Positions 49,708 to 59,521 of a DNA stretch of 64,000 bases are shown here, piece after piece. Within the stretch, counting starts at the first letter, position 1; every line of letters starts with the position of its first letter. The translations under genes were made by a program, and so were the position numbers. Source of the stretch: Candidatus Aenigmatarchaeota archaeon (GTDB lineage: Archaea > Aenigmatarchaeota > Aenigmatarchaeia > QMZP01 > QMZT01); NCBI GenBank assembly GCA_963726265.1, contig CAVSBQ010000002.1, positions 672,001 to 736,000 on the forward strand. Direction: 5' to 3'. The notes beneath the pieces were generated by a model. The model searched no databases. It had not been told where the DNA came from and worked only from the letters and a program-made list of their open reading frames with translations.

Positions 49708-49937
49708 GCCTCATGCCTCCTCGTCTTCTTTACGGCTATGACGTAAATCAGGGTCCCGAGGCCCGCGTTCACCGACGCCTCCGTTATGGCTATGTCCGGC
49801 GCCTGCAGGACGAGAAAAATGACGGCAAGGCACATGGACACGACGCCCATGAATATCACGGATAAAAGAAGGTCCTTCGAGCGGACGGCCATCAGGCTGA
49901 AAAGTACGACGGGTATTGAAAGAAGCGCAAGTATCAT
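49704..49937 (-). CDS. MbhD-like (DUF4040) subunit
   Basis: LQAPDIAITEASVNAG. Confidence 0.88.
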   Translation of the reverse strand: MILALLSIPVVLFSLMAVRSKDLLLSVIFMGVVSMCLAVIFLVLQAPDIAITEASVNAGLGTLIYVIAVKKTRRHEA

Positions 49938-49964
49938 ATTATAAAATATGCCCGCGCCGTTAAA

Positions 49965-50387
49965 TTAAGGTTTGCCGCCCTCTTTCCTGGCGGCTTCCTC
50001 TATAACCATGGCGATTTCGTTCATCTGGGCTATTATTTTTTCTGCCTGCTGCTGAATCTCCGCTCCTGCCCTTTCGACTTCCGCCGTCCTCTGCTCGAGC
50101 AGCGCTTTCGCCGAGCCTATCTCCTCGTTTATGAAGATGCCCGCGCCCGCGTTTACAAGGATGCGTCCGCGGTCCGTTATGCTGCCGCTCCCGTAACACC
50201 CGCTTCCCAGCGGGAGCAGGATTTCGTTTTTTTCGCCCATTTTTTTGACGTCATCGATGGACATCAGCGTCGACCTCAGCTCCAGCATCTGCTGCTCGAC
50301 GAACTGCAGCTGCTGCTTCAGCGTTTCGAGGTTCTGCGCGAGTATCTGGTAGAGTACGTATTGCTCGCTGAGTTTTTCGTCAGTCAT
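49965..50387 (-). CDS. pfdA: Prefoldin alpha subunit
   Basis: Coiled coil / EILLPLGSG..ILVNAGAGIF / coiled coil. Confidence 0.92.
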   Translation of the reverse strand: MTDEKLSEQYVLYQILAQNLETLKQQLQFVEQQMLELRSTLMSIDDVKKMGEKNEILLPLGSGCYGSGSITDRGRILVNAGAGIFINEEIGSAKALLEQRTAEVERAGAEIQQQAEKIIAQMNEIAMVIEEAARKEGGKP

Positions 50388-50459
50388 GGATTTCACGTAA
50401 TAAATAAATTTATGGGCTGCCTTATAAATGCAGCCGCATGACCTGAAAAATTAAAAAAA

Positions 50460-53400
50460 TCAGGTTGGCTGGTCTTCGTTCTGCCCGGCGCATGCCAGCG
50501 CAACCGCATACGACCTTGAGTAGCAATCGTCGTTCTTCGGTATGTCTATCTGGAAAGTCCCTTCGGCGACTGCCGACGCCGGTCCAGTATTTAACACCGT
50601 TGTCCTGCGGGAACTTGGGATGATACATCTTCACACTACAGGGACCGCACGCAAGGGTGCGCGTCGGGTTGCTGGCGCCTGCCGCATCGGAGGTGCAGAG
50701 CCTGTCGTATTTCGGCGTCCATGTGCTCCTGTTGGTTTCTATGGCTATCTGCTGCGGATCGTTAGACGGGCAGGAACACCACCAGTATGTTATGTCCACC
50801 ATCATGCCGTTGCATGCGCCGCCGCTCACGTCGGTTGCCATTATCCATATGTCATCAGTCGCCGTGTAGACATAGCCCCATTTAGGACTCATGTCGTGGC
50901 CCGTGTTCACTTGGATTTCGCAGCTGCTCATGCATCTGGCATCGCACTTGGTTATCACGGGCGTGCAGACGCCGCATGCGCAGTCGCTGCACGTTCCGTA
51001 GTCAGGGTAATCATACCAGTCCGCTCCTACGCATCCGTCCTGCTGGCATGTGCAGTCGGCGTTCGAGCCGCATCCAGCTCCGCACACGTCCTTGACGCAA
51101 TAGCTGTTCGTGCCGGGCGGAGAGCAGCTGGGCGTGCATGATGTGCAGGCGCAGTTGGCATTGCACGTATTGGCGCAGGAGTTCGTCACTGTAGTCGAAT
51201 CCATTATCTTGTCGCTGTCATACTCCACGAGGATATTCCCGCTGCAGTAATCGTTATACGTCTGCGAACAAGTCGATGCACTGCAATCCCCATTGACCGC
51301 GCATGTCGCACCGCACTGAACCCTTAACGCACGCATACGTGAACGGGTCATAGCCGCATCCGCACGAAGCACCGCAGTCACCGTAAGCGTCCCTCGTGCC
51401 AAGTTTGTAGCCTGAGCACTGGGACGTCGTCTGTGAACAGAATATGTTATTGAACGTATTCGGCAGCTCGCACTGCTCTCCGGTGCTGGCGTTGACGTTA
51501 CCATCACCACAATATGGCAAAAACTGATGTTTGCAGGAGCAGTTGCTCACGTCACACGTATCAAGCGTATGCACGTTACCATCATCACAATCGCTGTTCA
51601 CTGCGCAACTCGCATTGCACACTCCCTTCACACAATACGTATTCGTCGAAGGCGGATTGCACGTAACAGGGTTTTGTGTGCAATCACAGCCCCCCAGGCA
51701 CGTGTTCGCAGTCGAATTCGTAACATTGGTCGAATCCTTTATCTTATCGCTGTCATATTCCGTGAGCTTGTTTCCGGCGCAATAATCGTTGTATGTCTGC
51801 GAGCAGGTCGATGCGTTACAATCACCGTTAATCGCGCATGTCGCGCCGCACTGACCTTTGATGCAACTGTAACTGAACGGGTCGTTCAAACAACCGCACG
51901 AGTTAGTGCAGTTGCCAAAGCCATCTCTCGTCCCCAGCTTGGTGCCGTTGCACTGGGACGTCGTCTGTGAACAGAATATGTTATTGAACGTATTCGGCAG
52001 CTCGCACTGCTCGGAGCCGTCGACTATGCCGTTGCCGCAGAACTGGCAGTCCTGCCACGTCGAACACTGGTCTGTCCCGCTGCCTTCAATGACGGCGCAG
52101 GTCAGGTTTGCGTAATTGCAAACCTTGTGCGAGCATCTCGGGTCATTATAATTTATCGATGGCGTGCATGAACCCTGATCGCATGCGCATCCCTCGCTGC
52201 AAGCGCCCTGTACTGGATAATCGTAATAATCCTTTCCTACGCATCCGTCATGCTGGCATGTGCAATCATCATTCGAATCGCATTGCGCATCGCAGATGCC
52301 CTTGACGCAATACGTGTTTGTTTCCGGAGGCGAACAGTCCGCATCGCAATCAGTGCACGCGCATCCTTCGGTGCAGGAATTGGCGCAGGAATCCGAAACA
52401 TTTGTCGAATCCATAACCTTGTCGCTGTCGTATTCCGTGAGCTTCATGCCCGTACAGTAATCATCATACGTTTCACAACACGTCGAGTTTGTGCACCCGT
52501 GGATGGAATCGCACTCGGCGCCGCAGCTGACATTGCACGTGTGCGTAAGCGACTGCGAGCCCGTAGTGCAGCTGTCCGTTTCATCGTTGCATATGCTTAT
52601 GAAACCCGCGCCATAATCCCATGTGAAATTTATGCTGTCGGGGTTGTTGAAGCATGTCGCGACCTCGTCTATGTCGTATTGGCTGCAGTCAACAAGCGTT
52701 CCGCCGACGCAACCAAGCTCCACATCGCAGGTCTCCTGGCCGTTGCACCAAAGTCCATCGTCGCATTCTAAGTCGTCGGGAGTGTGGCTGCACATGTCAT
52801 TTATCTCGTCGCACGAGTCATGGGTGCATGCCGTTTCATCAGAGCAGTCCCTTTCGCTTCCGCCGCAGGTACCAGCAGTGCAGACATCGTTATCAGTGCA
52901 CCACAGACCATCGTTACAGCTAGTTCCATTTTCTTTGTTCCTCGTAGCGCCGGTATTAATCCATTTCGTATTGGTCACGCTGTAATAGCAGTCAACCGCA
53001 GGCGAAGTCCCGCAATTGTAATCCCTGTATTCCTGCTTCTTCTGTTCCTTCTCCTTGCACACGCCGTTATCCACCCACTGCGTTTCGCTGGTGTTATACC
53101 AGCCGTCAAGAGAGTTGCAGTTTACGGTTGTTCCGGCGCTGCACATACAAGTCGAGCACCAGCCGCAGGTTCTCCCCGTGTGTTTGATGCTGCCGTCGCA
53201 ATAATCGGCGCAGTCGCCGTTCTTGTCGCACTCAGCGCCGCACACGTCTTTCACGCAATACATGTTCGTCGAAGGCGGGTTGCACGTGACAGAATTCTCC
53301 GTGCAGTCACATCCCTCCAGGCACGTGTTCGCAGTCGAATTAGTAACATTGGTCGAGTCCATTATCTTGTCCGAGTCGTACTCGGTCAGCTTCTTTCCGG

Positions 53401-55516
53401 TGCAATAATCATTGTAAGTATGCGAGCAGGTCGATGCGTTACAATCACCGTTAATCGCGCATGTCGCACCGCACTGACCGTTAACACACGCATACGTGAA
53501 CGGGTCATACTCGCAGCCGCAGCCTTCGTCGCAGTCGCCTAAGGCGTCCCTGGTTCCAAGTTTGGTGCCGCTGCACTCGGTTGTCTGTTGCAAACAATAA
53601 GAGTTGTCAAAGGTGTTCGGCAGCTCGCAATCCTCGGAGCCGTCGACTATCCCGTTGCCGCAGAACTGGCAGTCATTCCATGTCGAACACTCATCTTCAT
53701 CTTCGCCTGCAATGGGTGTACATGCCAGCTGGCCGTAATTGCATGTCATGTGGTAACAGTCGCTGCTGGTTTCGCACGCATCTCCCTGAAGATACTCTGG
53801 GACATTGTCGCATGTGAGCGCATTATAATTGCATATGTCGTGCCTGCAGTCCGTATCATTCCAGTCTATGAGTCCGTCGCAGTCGTTGTCATACGTGTCG
53901 TTGCATATTTCCTCGGAGCCGTTGAAGCCGTGAACCGTCACATGAGTTTCCGGGAACGGCATGAACTGGCTCGAGCCGTTATAGTCTTTATATGAAACGC
54001 CGGAGCTGGGATAGACGTTCGTAAGATTGTAGCCAAGCTGATTGACATAAACATCGAATTGCAAATTGGCAGTCTCATTTATGTTTATTATGCCAAGGTC
54101 GCATGTCACCAATCTCGTGACAGCGTCGTAAGAGCATTCTGGCGGCAGCGTGGACTCGTTGAGCACGACATACGCCGGCAGGTAGTCGTAAACAAAAACA
54201 TTGCTGGCGGCGATGGTCGTGACATGTTGTGCTATGTCCTCGTAAATCGCCTCGAGATCGCTGCTGTCCGGCGCGTAATAATAGTCGCCGCCGGTTATGT
54301 TCGCCACGTACTCCATAAGCGTCTGGTTGGCGGTTTCGCCTAGAGCGATGGTATAAATTGTTATGCCCGCGTCCTTCGCCTCGTTCGCCCTTGCAAACAC
54401 CTTGTTGTGGCAATCGCTTGGCGGGTTGCTCATGCCGCAGTTGTTGTTGCCGTCTGAAAGCAGGACTTCTATCCACTTGACCTCAGGCCTGCCATCGGTG
54501 ACAAGCTCTTTGTTCGCAAGCTCAAGCGCATGGCTCATGTTCGTCCATCCGCCCGCGGACATGGCGCTTATCTTGTCCTTAACGGCCTGCTTGTCAAACG
54601 TGAGTGTCTGGTCCAGGGTTGCGACAGTTGAAAATGAAACCAGTCCGGCCTTGTCATTCGTTTTAAGAAGGCCAGCGAATGTCTTGGCAGCATTCTTGGC
54701 GTCGCCTATCGGCTGGTAATCGCTTATCGTTCCGTCCCAGCCGTCGTCGTCCATGCTGCCGGACTTGTCGAAAACAATAATAACGTCTATCGGGTAATAC
54801 TGGCCGCACGCGTCGCCTTTGCCTTCAACCTTAAGGTTTATCGCGGTTTTTTGGCATGTGGCCTCGCCGGGCAGCGCGCTCTTGCTTATCTGGAGATATG
54901 GAGGGATGCAGTCTTCCCTGCAGTCCTGATCAGTGGCACAGGTGTTATTCCCCTTGCCGTCTATTATGACGCATGACCAGTCACGGCATTCGGAATGGAT
55001 GCACTGGTTAAAATTGGAGCATTCATCGGCCTGGTTTCCGGCCGCCGGAGTGCATGCCTGCTGGCCGTAATCGCAGCGCATGTAATAACAATCGGTATTT
55101 GATGCGCAAGTGTTTGGGCCTTCGCCGGAGACCTGTACGCATGCCATATTCAAGCATGCCATATGATATTTTGGAACGCACTGGGCGATAGTCCCGCCGC
55201 CCCCTCCACCACCTGAAGAGAAGCCAGAAGCAAGGCCAGAGCTGCCCGAGCCTGAACTGCTGCTGGAGCTGCCGCCTGTCTGCTGAGTAGTCGTTGTCTT
55301 GGGGGGAGGAGCTAACGTCCCTTCAGAGTCGCCGCCGTTTCCTGTCTCCTGAAAATTCAGAATTTCGACATTATTGCCGCCTCCCGTATCGAGAACGGCA
55401 TCCGTTGCTTTTCCAGAACTTGGCTTCAAAATAGCGACTGAAGCAGCGCATAAAACGAGCACTAAAATTACCAGACTATATTTGACAAAACCCTTGCTCA
55501 AAATACCCTTGAACAT
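50460..55516 (-). CDS. Very large Cys-rich surface protein with vWA domain and internal repeats, frameshifts near 51320 and 50580
   Basis: N-terminal hydrophobic anchor; vWA DKSGS..LSDG..YTIALG; repeated CGNGIVDG..CELP modules. ORFs 51254..55516 and 50422..51510 share the same repeat and join. Confidence 0.8.
51417..52012. repeat. Identical direct repeat of about 60 bp (51417-51478 and 51951-52012) within larger coding repeats
   Basis: cactgggacgtcgtctgtgaacagaatatgttattgaacgtattcggcagctcgcactgctc occurs twice; further near-identical copies lie at about 51640-51860 and 53260-53480. Confidence 0.85.
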
Positions 55517-55581
55517 AGCATCAGCTCCTCACTTCTATCTAGTGTAAATATAAAATTTAAATAAGGTATGTTTTCCAAGAT

Positions 55582-56007
55582 TTACATCGCCTCCGGCTTT
55601 TTGCACCAGCCGCAGACGACGTTTTCCGGTTTGAAGTGGAAGCCGCCCCTCTTTTTGGTGAGCTGCCCCTTGACGTCCATGAAATGCTTGCAGTTCTGGC
55701 AGGATGTCGTGAACATCACGCCGCGCTCGTCCTTCGGGCACGTTATCATCCATCCGGAAGCTCCTATTTTGTCAATTTCGTCAAGCAAATCCTCGTGCCC
55801 GTTGTTGACCATGACCTCGGGTTCGCGGAACAGCTTGTAGTTCATCCTGACCATTTTTTTTCGTTCCAGGATGCCAAGCATCCTTTCAGTGTATTTCTGG
55901 TTGAAATCAAGTATCCTCGCTATCGTGCTCACAGGCATCCTCTTGTTCAGCAGCACGAGCTTGAAGGCGAGGTCGACGCCCGTTTTGACCGTATGGTCCT
56001 CATCCAT
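55582..56007 (-). CDS. Winged-helix-like protein with a C-terminal Cys cluster (possible Zn finger)
   Basis: VKTGVDL..IARIL..ILERKKMVRMNY, then CP..CQNCKHF..VVC; GGTGA RBS-like site. Confidence 0.65.
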   Translation of the reverse strand: MDEDHTVKTGVDLAFKLVLLNKRMPVSTIARILDFNQKYTERMLGILERKKMVRMNYKLFREPEVMVNNGHEDLLDEIDKIGASGWMITCPKDERGVMFTTSCQNCKHFMDVKGQLTKKRGGFHFKPENVVCGWCKKPEAM

Positions 56008-56137
56008 AACATCACCACTTATCCCGTTTAAAGCGATTTGAGAGCAGTTTGGTTATAATCTTCTTGGTAGAAAGCTTTAAATACCTATATTTTTTTAGTC
56101 CTCATAAGTAGTGATAAAATTAACGTTTACGTCATTT

Positions 56138-56479
56138 TCAGAGCAGTTTGAGCCTGCCTGTTATGCGGTCAAGCCTTCCCTCTTCAGCAGGCCCTATGCC
56201 CATCGCCGTCACGGTGCCCGGCTCCAGCTGGGTTTTGCCCGCGTCGCGGATGACGGCGTATGGCAGTTTCGCCTCTTTTGCCAGCTCCTTTATTGCCATC
56301 AGTTCCTTTACGTCGCTTGCGGCGACAACGACCTTCTTCATGCCTTCCGCCTCCCATGCCGAGACGTCGTCCGCATCCGCTTTCTTGTAGGCCTCCAGCG
56401 ACGCGTGCGCCGCCTGCGCAGCGAGCTTGCCCTTGTCCATCTTCAGGTCCTTGCGGACGACGATGACTTGCTTGTACAT
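56138..56479 (-). CDS. pth2: Peptidyl-tRNA hydrolase Pth2
   Basis: KQVIVVRKDLKMDKGKLAAQAAHA, DAGKTQLEPGT, GIGP, TGRLKLL. Confidence 0.96.
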   Translation of the reverse strand: MYKQVIVVRKDLKMDKGKLAAQAAHASLEAYKKADADDVSAWEAEGMKKVVVAASDVKELMAIKELAKEAKLPYAVIRDAGKTQLEPGTVTAMGIGPAEEGRLDRITGRLKLL

Positions 56480-56617
56480 GTTATTTTAGAATTGGCGTAA
56501 GGCAGATATAAATTGAAATGAATATATAATTTAGATATTCAAAATAATGTGTATAATCTGCAATATCTGTAATAGCACAAATTGGGCATGGAGTAAAAAC
56601 AACACAGAGGTGATGCG

Positions 56618-56806
56618 ATGGGCATTTTGGAAGACATGGTCAAGGACAAGGAAGAATTCCTGGCGAAGCTGCTCGAAATCCTCGAGGGCAAGGAGACGAA
56701 GACAAAGGTAAACCTCAACGGCGTCGAGTTCAAGATAGGCAGCTCCAAGGTCAAGGTCAGCGGCAACGTGGAGTTCGTCATTGTCCCATTCGAGAAGAAA
56801 AAGTAA
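56618..56806 (+). CDS. Small hypothetical protein
   Basis: GAGGTGA RBS and normal codon usage. Confidence 0.6.
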   Translation: MGILEDMVKDKEEFLAKLLEILEGKETKTKVNLNGVEFKIGSSKVKVSGNVEFVIVPFEKKK

Positions 56807-56820
56807 GCCAGTAATGCGGG

Positions 56821-57093
56821 TTGATGAACATGGACATTCTTGGTGATATTTTCAGGACTATCGTCGGCAGGGCGCATTTCATGATTTACATGAGGAATGT
56901 GCCAGCCGCAGAGATAGAGCTCAATGACAAGGAAATTACGGTCAGCATCGTGAACCCTATTGCGGCCGTCGAACTCGGCCTGGAGGAATTTCTTTCTAAA
57001 AAAGGGGCGCAGGACATAGAGGCGATAAAGAAGATAAAGGAGGCGGGCTACAGGATAAAAGTGAAATACAAGATGCTGGAAATGGAGCTTTAG
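56821..57093 (+). CDS. Small hypothetical protein
   Basis: Intact ORF co-oriented with the previous gene. Confidence 0.55.
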   Translation: MMNMDILGDIFRTIVGRAHFMIYMRNVPAAEIELNDKEITVSIVNPIAAVELGLEEFLSKKGAQDIEAIKKIKEAGYRIKVKYKMLEMEL

Positions 57094-57115
57094 CTTCGAA
57101 AGCGGAAAGCGATTT

Positions 57116-57613
57116 CTAATAGACAAGCGAGAATTCCAGTTTTGCAATCCTGTCATTGTACAAGCAATACCTTTCAAGCGGGACAACCATCCTGTTTTCC
57201 GCCTTGGAGCCTATGGTGCCGTAAGACGTCCCGTTGAGGTCGGTGAGGTTGAAAAAGAAGTCATACCCGCCAGTCAGAATGTTTCTCGTCATGTTGTAGT
57301 CCGCGCTCCCCATGGCCAGCAGGTAGGAGACTTTCGTCGCATTCAGCACGTTCTCTTCGGAAGCGAGACCTATGACGCTGACATCCGATGGATTCCAGTC
57401 CTCGGGAAGCCCCTTTGTCCGGACGAGGGCGTCCGAAACCGAGAGCGCCGTGTTTTCAAGGTCATCGAAAATGAGCTGCTGCTGGTTCTGGGTGTTGACG
57501 TAGCTCCATATGAAAAAAAGCGGTATGAGGACGAGCATGAAGATGACGAACGACGTGGCAAAATCCAGCGACCACACCTGCGCCTTCCTGCGTTTTACGC
57601 ATGCTCCATTCAT
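57116..57613 (-). CDS. Class III signal (pilin-like) protein
   Basis: KRRKAQ-VWSLDFATSFVIF; LVRTKGLPEDW..IGLA motif. Start moved to the ATG at 57613. Confidence 0.75.
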   Translation of the reverse strand: MNGACVKRRKAQVWSLDFATSFVIFMLVLIPLFFIWSYVNTQNQQQLIFDDLENTALSVSDALVRTKGLPEDWNPSDVSVIGLASEENVLNATKVSYLLAMGSADYNMTRNILTGGYDFFFNLTDLNGTSYGTIGSKAENRMVVPLERYCLYNDRIAKLEFSLVY

Positions 57614-57993
57614 GATATCACGACCACGCCGTTGACGTTCGAGAGCGTGTTTTCGCCCTTCGCCAGGCTTCCCGTTATGTTCGGAGTGAGCAGCCTGTCC
57701 GAATAGGAATTTTCGCTCACGGTGAGCCACAGCATGCTGCCTTCTATCTGGATGGTGTAGTTTTGCGTGCCTATCTTCCCAGGCACCGCGAAACCTATGT
57801 AAAAGCCGTCGCCTTCCAGGTAGGCGGTGTTTATCATGTCCGACGCGAGGTTCAGTATCCTTCTCGCCTCGAAATCGACAGATGCTTTTTCGGCATTCGC
57901 GACGCCGTTCCATGCGGAAAGCGCGACCACCGTAACTCCCATGAGGAAGACCCCGAATATGAACATGAATTCCAGAGCGACCTGCGCCTTCAT
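57610..57993 (-). CDS. Class III signal (pilin-like) protein
   Basis: MKAQ-VALEFMFIFGVFL (QxxxE pattern). Confidence 0.8.
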   Translation of the reverse strand: MKAQVALEFMFIFGVFLMGVTVVALSAWNGVANAEKASVDFEARRILNLASDMINTAYLEGDGFYIGFAVPGKIGTQNYTIQIEGSMLWLTVSENSYSDRLLTPNITGSLAKGENTLSNVNGVVVIS

Positions 57994-57994
57994 G

Positions 57995-58648
57995 TCATTT
58001 CCCCCTCTGGAGCTTCTGGTGTTCAAGATACGAGTAAACCACGGCGTAGGCCATGAATACGATCATCGGGGCAAGGACCAGCACTATCGCGTAATCCGGC
58101 GCCAATATGCCGAGGCATGCGATTATGCCGGCGGCCCTGAACAGCCTGCCGCCCAGGCGGTGGGTCTTGTCCCACACTTTCTCGCTGCTCATGGTCCATG
58201 GAGTTCGTATGCCGATGAACCAGTTCTGCTTCGCATTTGCCACGAGAATGCCGCAGTAGTAGAAAAGGATGCCGAAAGCCGGAGACATGGCCTGCATGAT
58301 ATTGAATGACGTCCCTGTACTCCATATTATGGTTAGAAGGTGGATGTAGAGCATGAACGCAAGCAGCATCACGATGAACCTGTCGTAGTGCTTCCTGAAC
58401 TTGGCGACATTCGCCTTAAGCGGGTCTATTTTCGGTATGGCTACCAGAAGCAGGAGCATGGCCGCTGACATCACCGGGACTAGGAACAGCGCCCAGAATT
58501 TAGGCATGTAACCATCGACTTCGCCGCGTTCGTTCCAGTGCGACGCCATTACGTCCGGCATCTGGCCGTAGAAATACACGCTTGCAGCAAAGGTGAGCAG
58601 CACTACGCAGACCGCGGCGATTTCAATTATTTTCATAATTTCACACAT
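57995..58648 (-). CDS. SdpI / DUF1648 family membrane protein
   Basis: HWNERGEVDG, NWFIGIRTPWT...WDKTHR. Confidence 0.9.
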   Translation of the reverse strand: MCEIMKIIEIAAVCVVLLTFAASVYFYGQMPDVMASHWNERGEVDGYMPKFWALFLVPVMSAAMLLLLVAIPKIDPLKANVAKFRKHYDRFIVMLLAFMLYIHLLTIIWSTGTSFNIMQAMSPAFGILFYYCGILVANAKQNWFIGIRTPWTMSSEKVWDKTHRLGGRLFRAAGIIACLGILAPDYAIVLVLAPMIVFMAYAVVYSYLEHQKLQRGK

Positions 58649-58667
58649 TTTCTGTTTTGCTGTGATA

Positions 58668-59072
58668 TCAGGCGAGCGTTACGTTAACGTAGCTGCCTTC
58701 CGCCTTTATCAAAACCCAGTAGAGGCCTTCGCTGGCCGGAATGTCTCCCTGCAGTGGCGCTATCGACGTCGCGAAAACGTCAACCGGGCCGGAATTCGAC
58801 GTCACGCGCATGTTTATCTCGTTCCCGGAGATGTTTATGTATTCGACGCCTCTGGGTATGTACACCTCTATTTTGACCCGCGCATCCATCCTCTGGGAAT
58901 ACACGAGGTCCGCCTTCTTGGCGATCTGGGTCACCGCGTTTTTTGCGTAAGAAAGCACGAACTGGTCGTTTGTCTGGTTCTGAACCTGGAACAGGTATAC
59001 CCAGATTGGCGTGATGAAAGCGAGAATGAAAATGACCATCACCATGAATTCGAAGGCCGTCTGTCCCCTCAT
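58668..59072 (-). CDS. Class III signal (pilin-like) protein
   Basis: MRGQ-TAFEFMVMVIFIL; start at the ATG at 59072. Confidence 0.8.
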   Translation of the reverse strand: MRGQTAFEFMVMVIFILAFITPIWVYLFQVQNQTNDQFVLSYAKNAVTQIAKKADLVYSQRMDARVKIEVYIPRGVEYINISGNEINMRVTSNSGPVDVFATSIAPLQGDIPASEGLYWVLIKAEGSYVNVTLA

Positions 59073-59123
59073 GCTTAATCTTTGTTCTGCCCAGAATAAA
59101 AAAGCTGTCGTGAAAAAAATACA

Positions 59124-59266
59124 TGGGGCCGCTGGGATTCGAACCCAGGTATGCGGGTATCTCTCTTTCACAGGATATTCCTCAAAATACCCTCATCGCT
59201 CCAATAATGCACAATTGTGCATTTTCAACTGGAGCCCGCCAGGATGCCGGACTACCTCACAGCCCC
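59124..59266 (-). tRNA. tRNA-Trp(CCA) with a 70-nt intron at 37/38 (59159-59228)
   Basis: Acceptor GGGGCUG/CGGCCCC-A, anticodon arm GCGGG-CUCCAG[intron]A-CCCGC, T arm CUGGG-UUCGAAU-CCCAG. Confidence 0.93.
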
Positions 59267-59328
59267 ATGCGTATTTAATTGATGCGTAAATGCTTTATAT
59301 TTTTGTTCAACTCTTTGACCTGGCTTCA

Positions 59329-59445
59329 CGAGCCCGGCGCGATTCGAACGCGCGGCCTCCAGCTCCGCAAGCTGACGCTCTAGTGCCAGACGAAAGGACG
59401 AAGGCGAAGTCTGCGTCGTCTGACTTCCGGCTGAGCTACGGGCCC
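59329..59445 (-). tRNA. tRNA-Arg(GCG) with a 43-nt D-loop intron (about 59383-59425)
   Basis: Acceptor GGGCCCG/CGGGCUC-G, anticodon arm UCAGC-UUGCGGA-GCUGG, T arm GCGCG-UUCGAAU-CGCGC. Removing the insert restores GCUCAGCCGGAUAGAGC. Confidence 0.9.
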
Positions 59446-59521
59446 GTCCAGCGTAAGACACAGGCAAGCCTGTGTCAGTTCACTGGCTTATTAATTAATT
59501 CAAATGGGAAATAAAAACAGC

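Noticed and set aside
51200..53700. CRISPR array or diversity-generating retroelement TR/VR pair
   Set aside because: The repeats are in-frame protein modules, not short repeats with spacers. Differences are not confined to adenines, and no cas or reverse transcriptase gene is present.
57995..58648. SdpI as evidence of a toxin/immunity system
   Set aside because: No toxin, SdpAB or ArsR-type regulator gene is adjacent; stand-alone SdpI-family genes are common.
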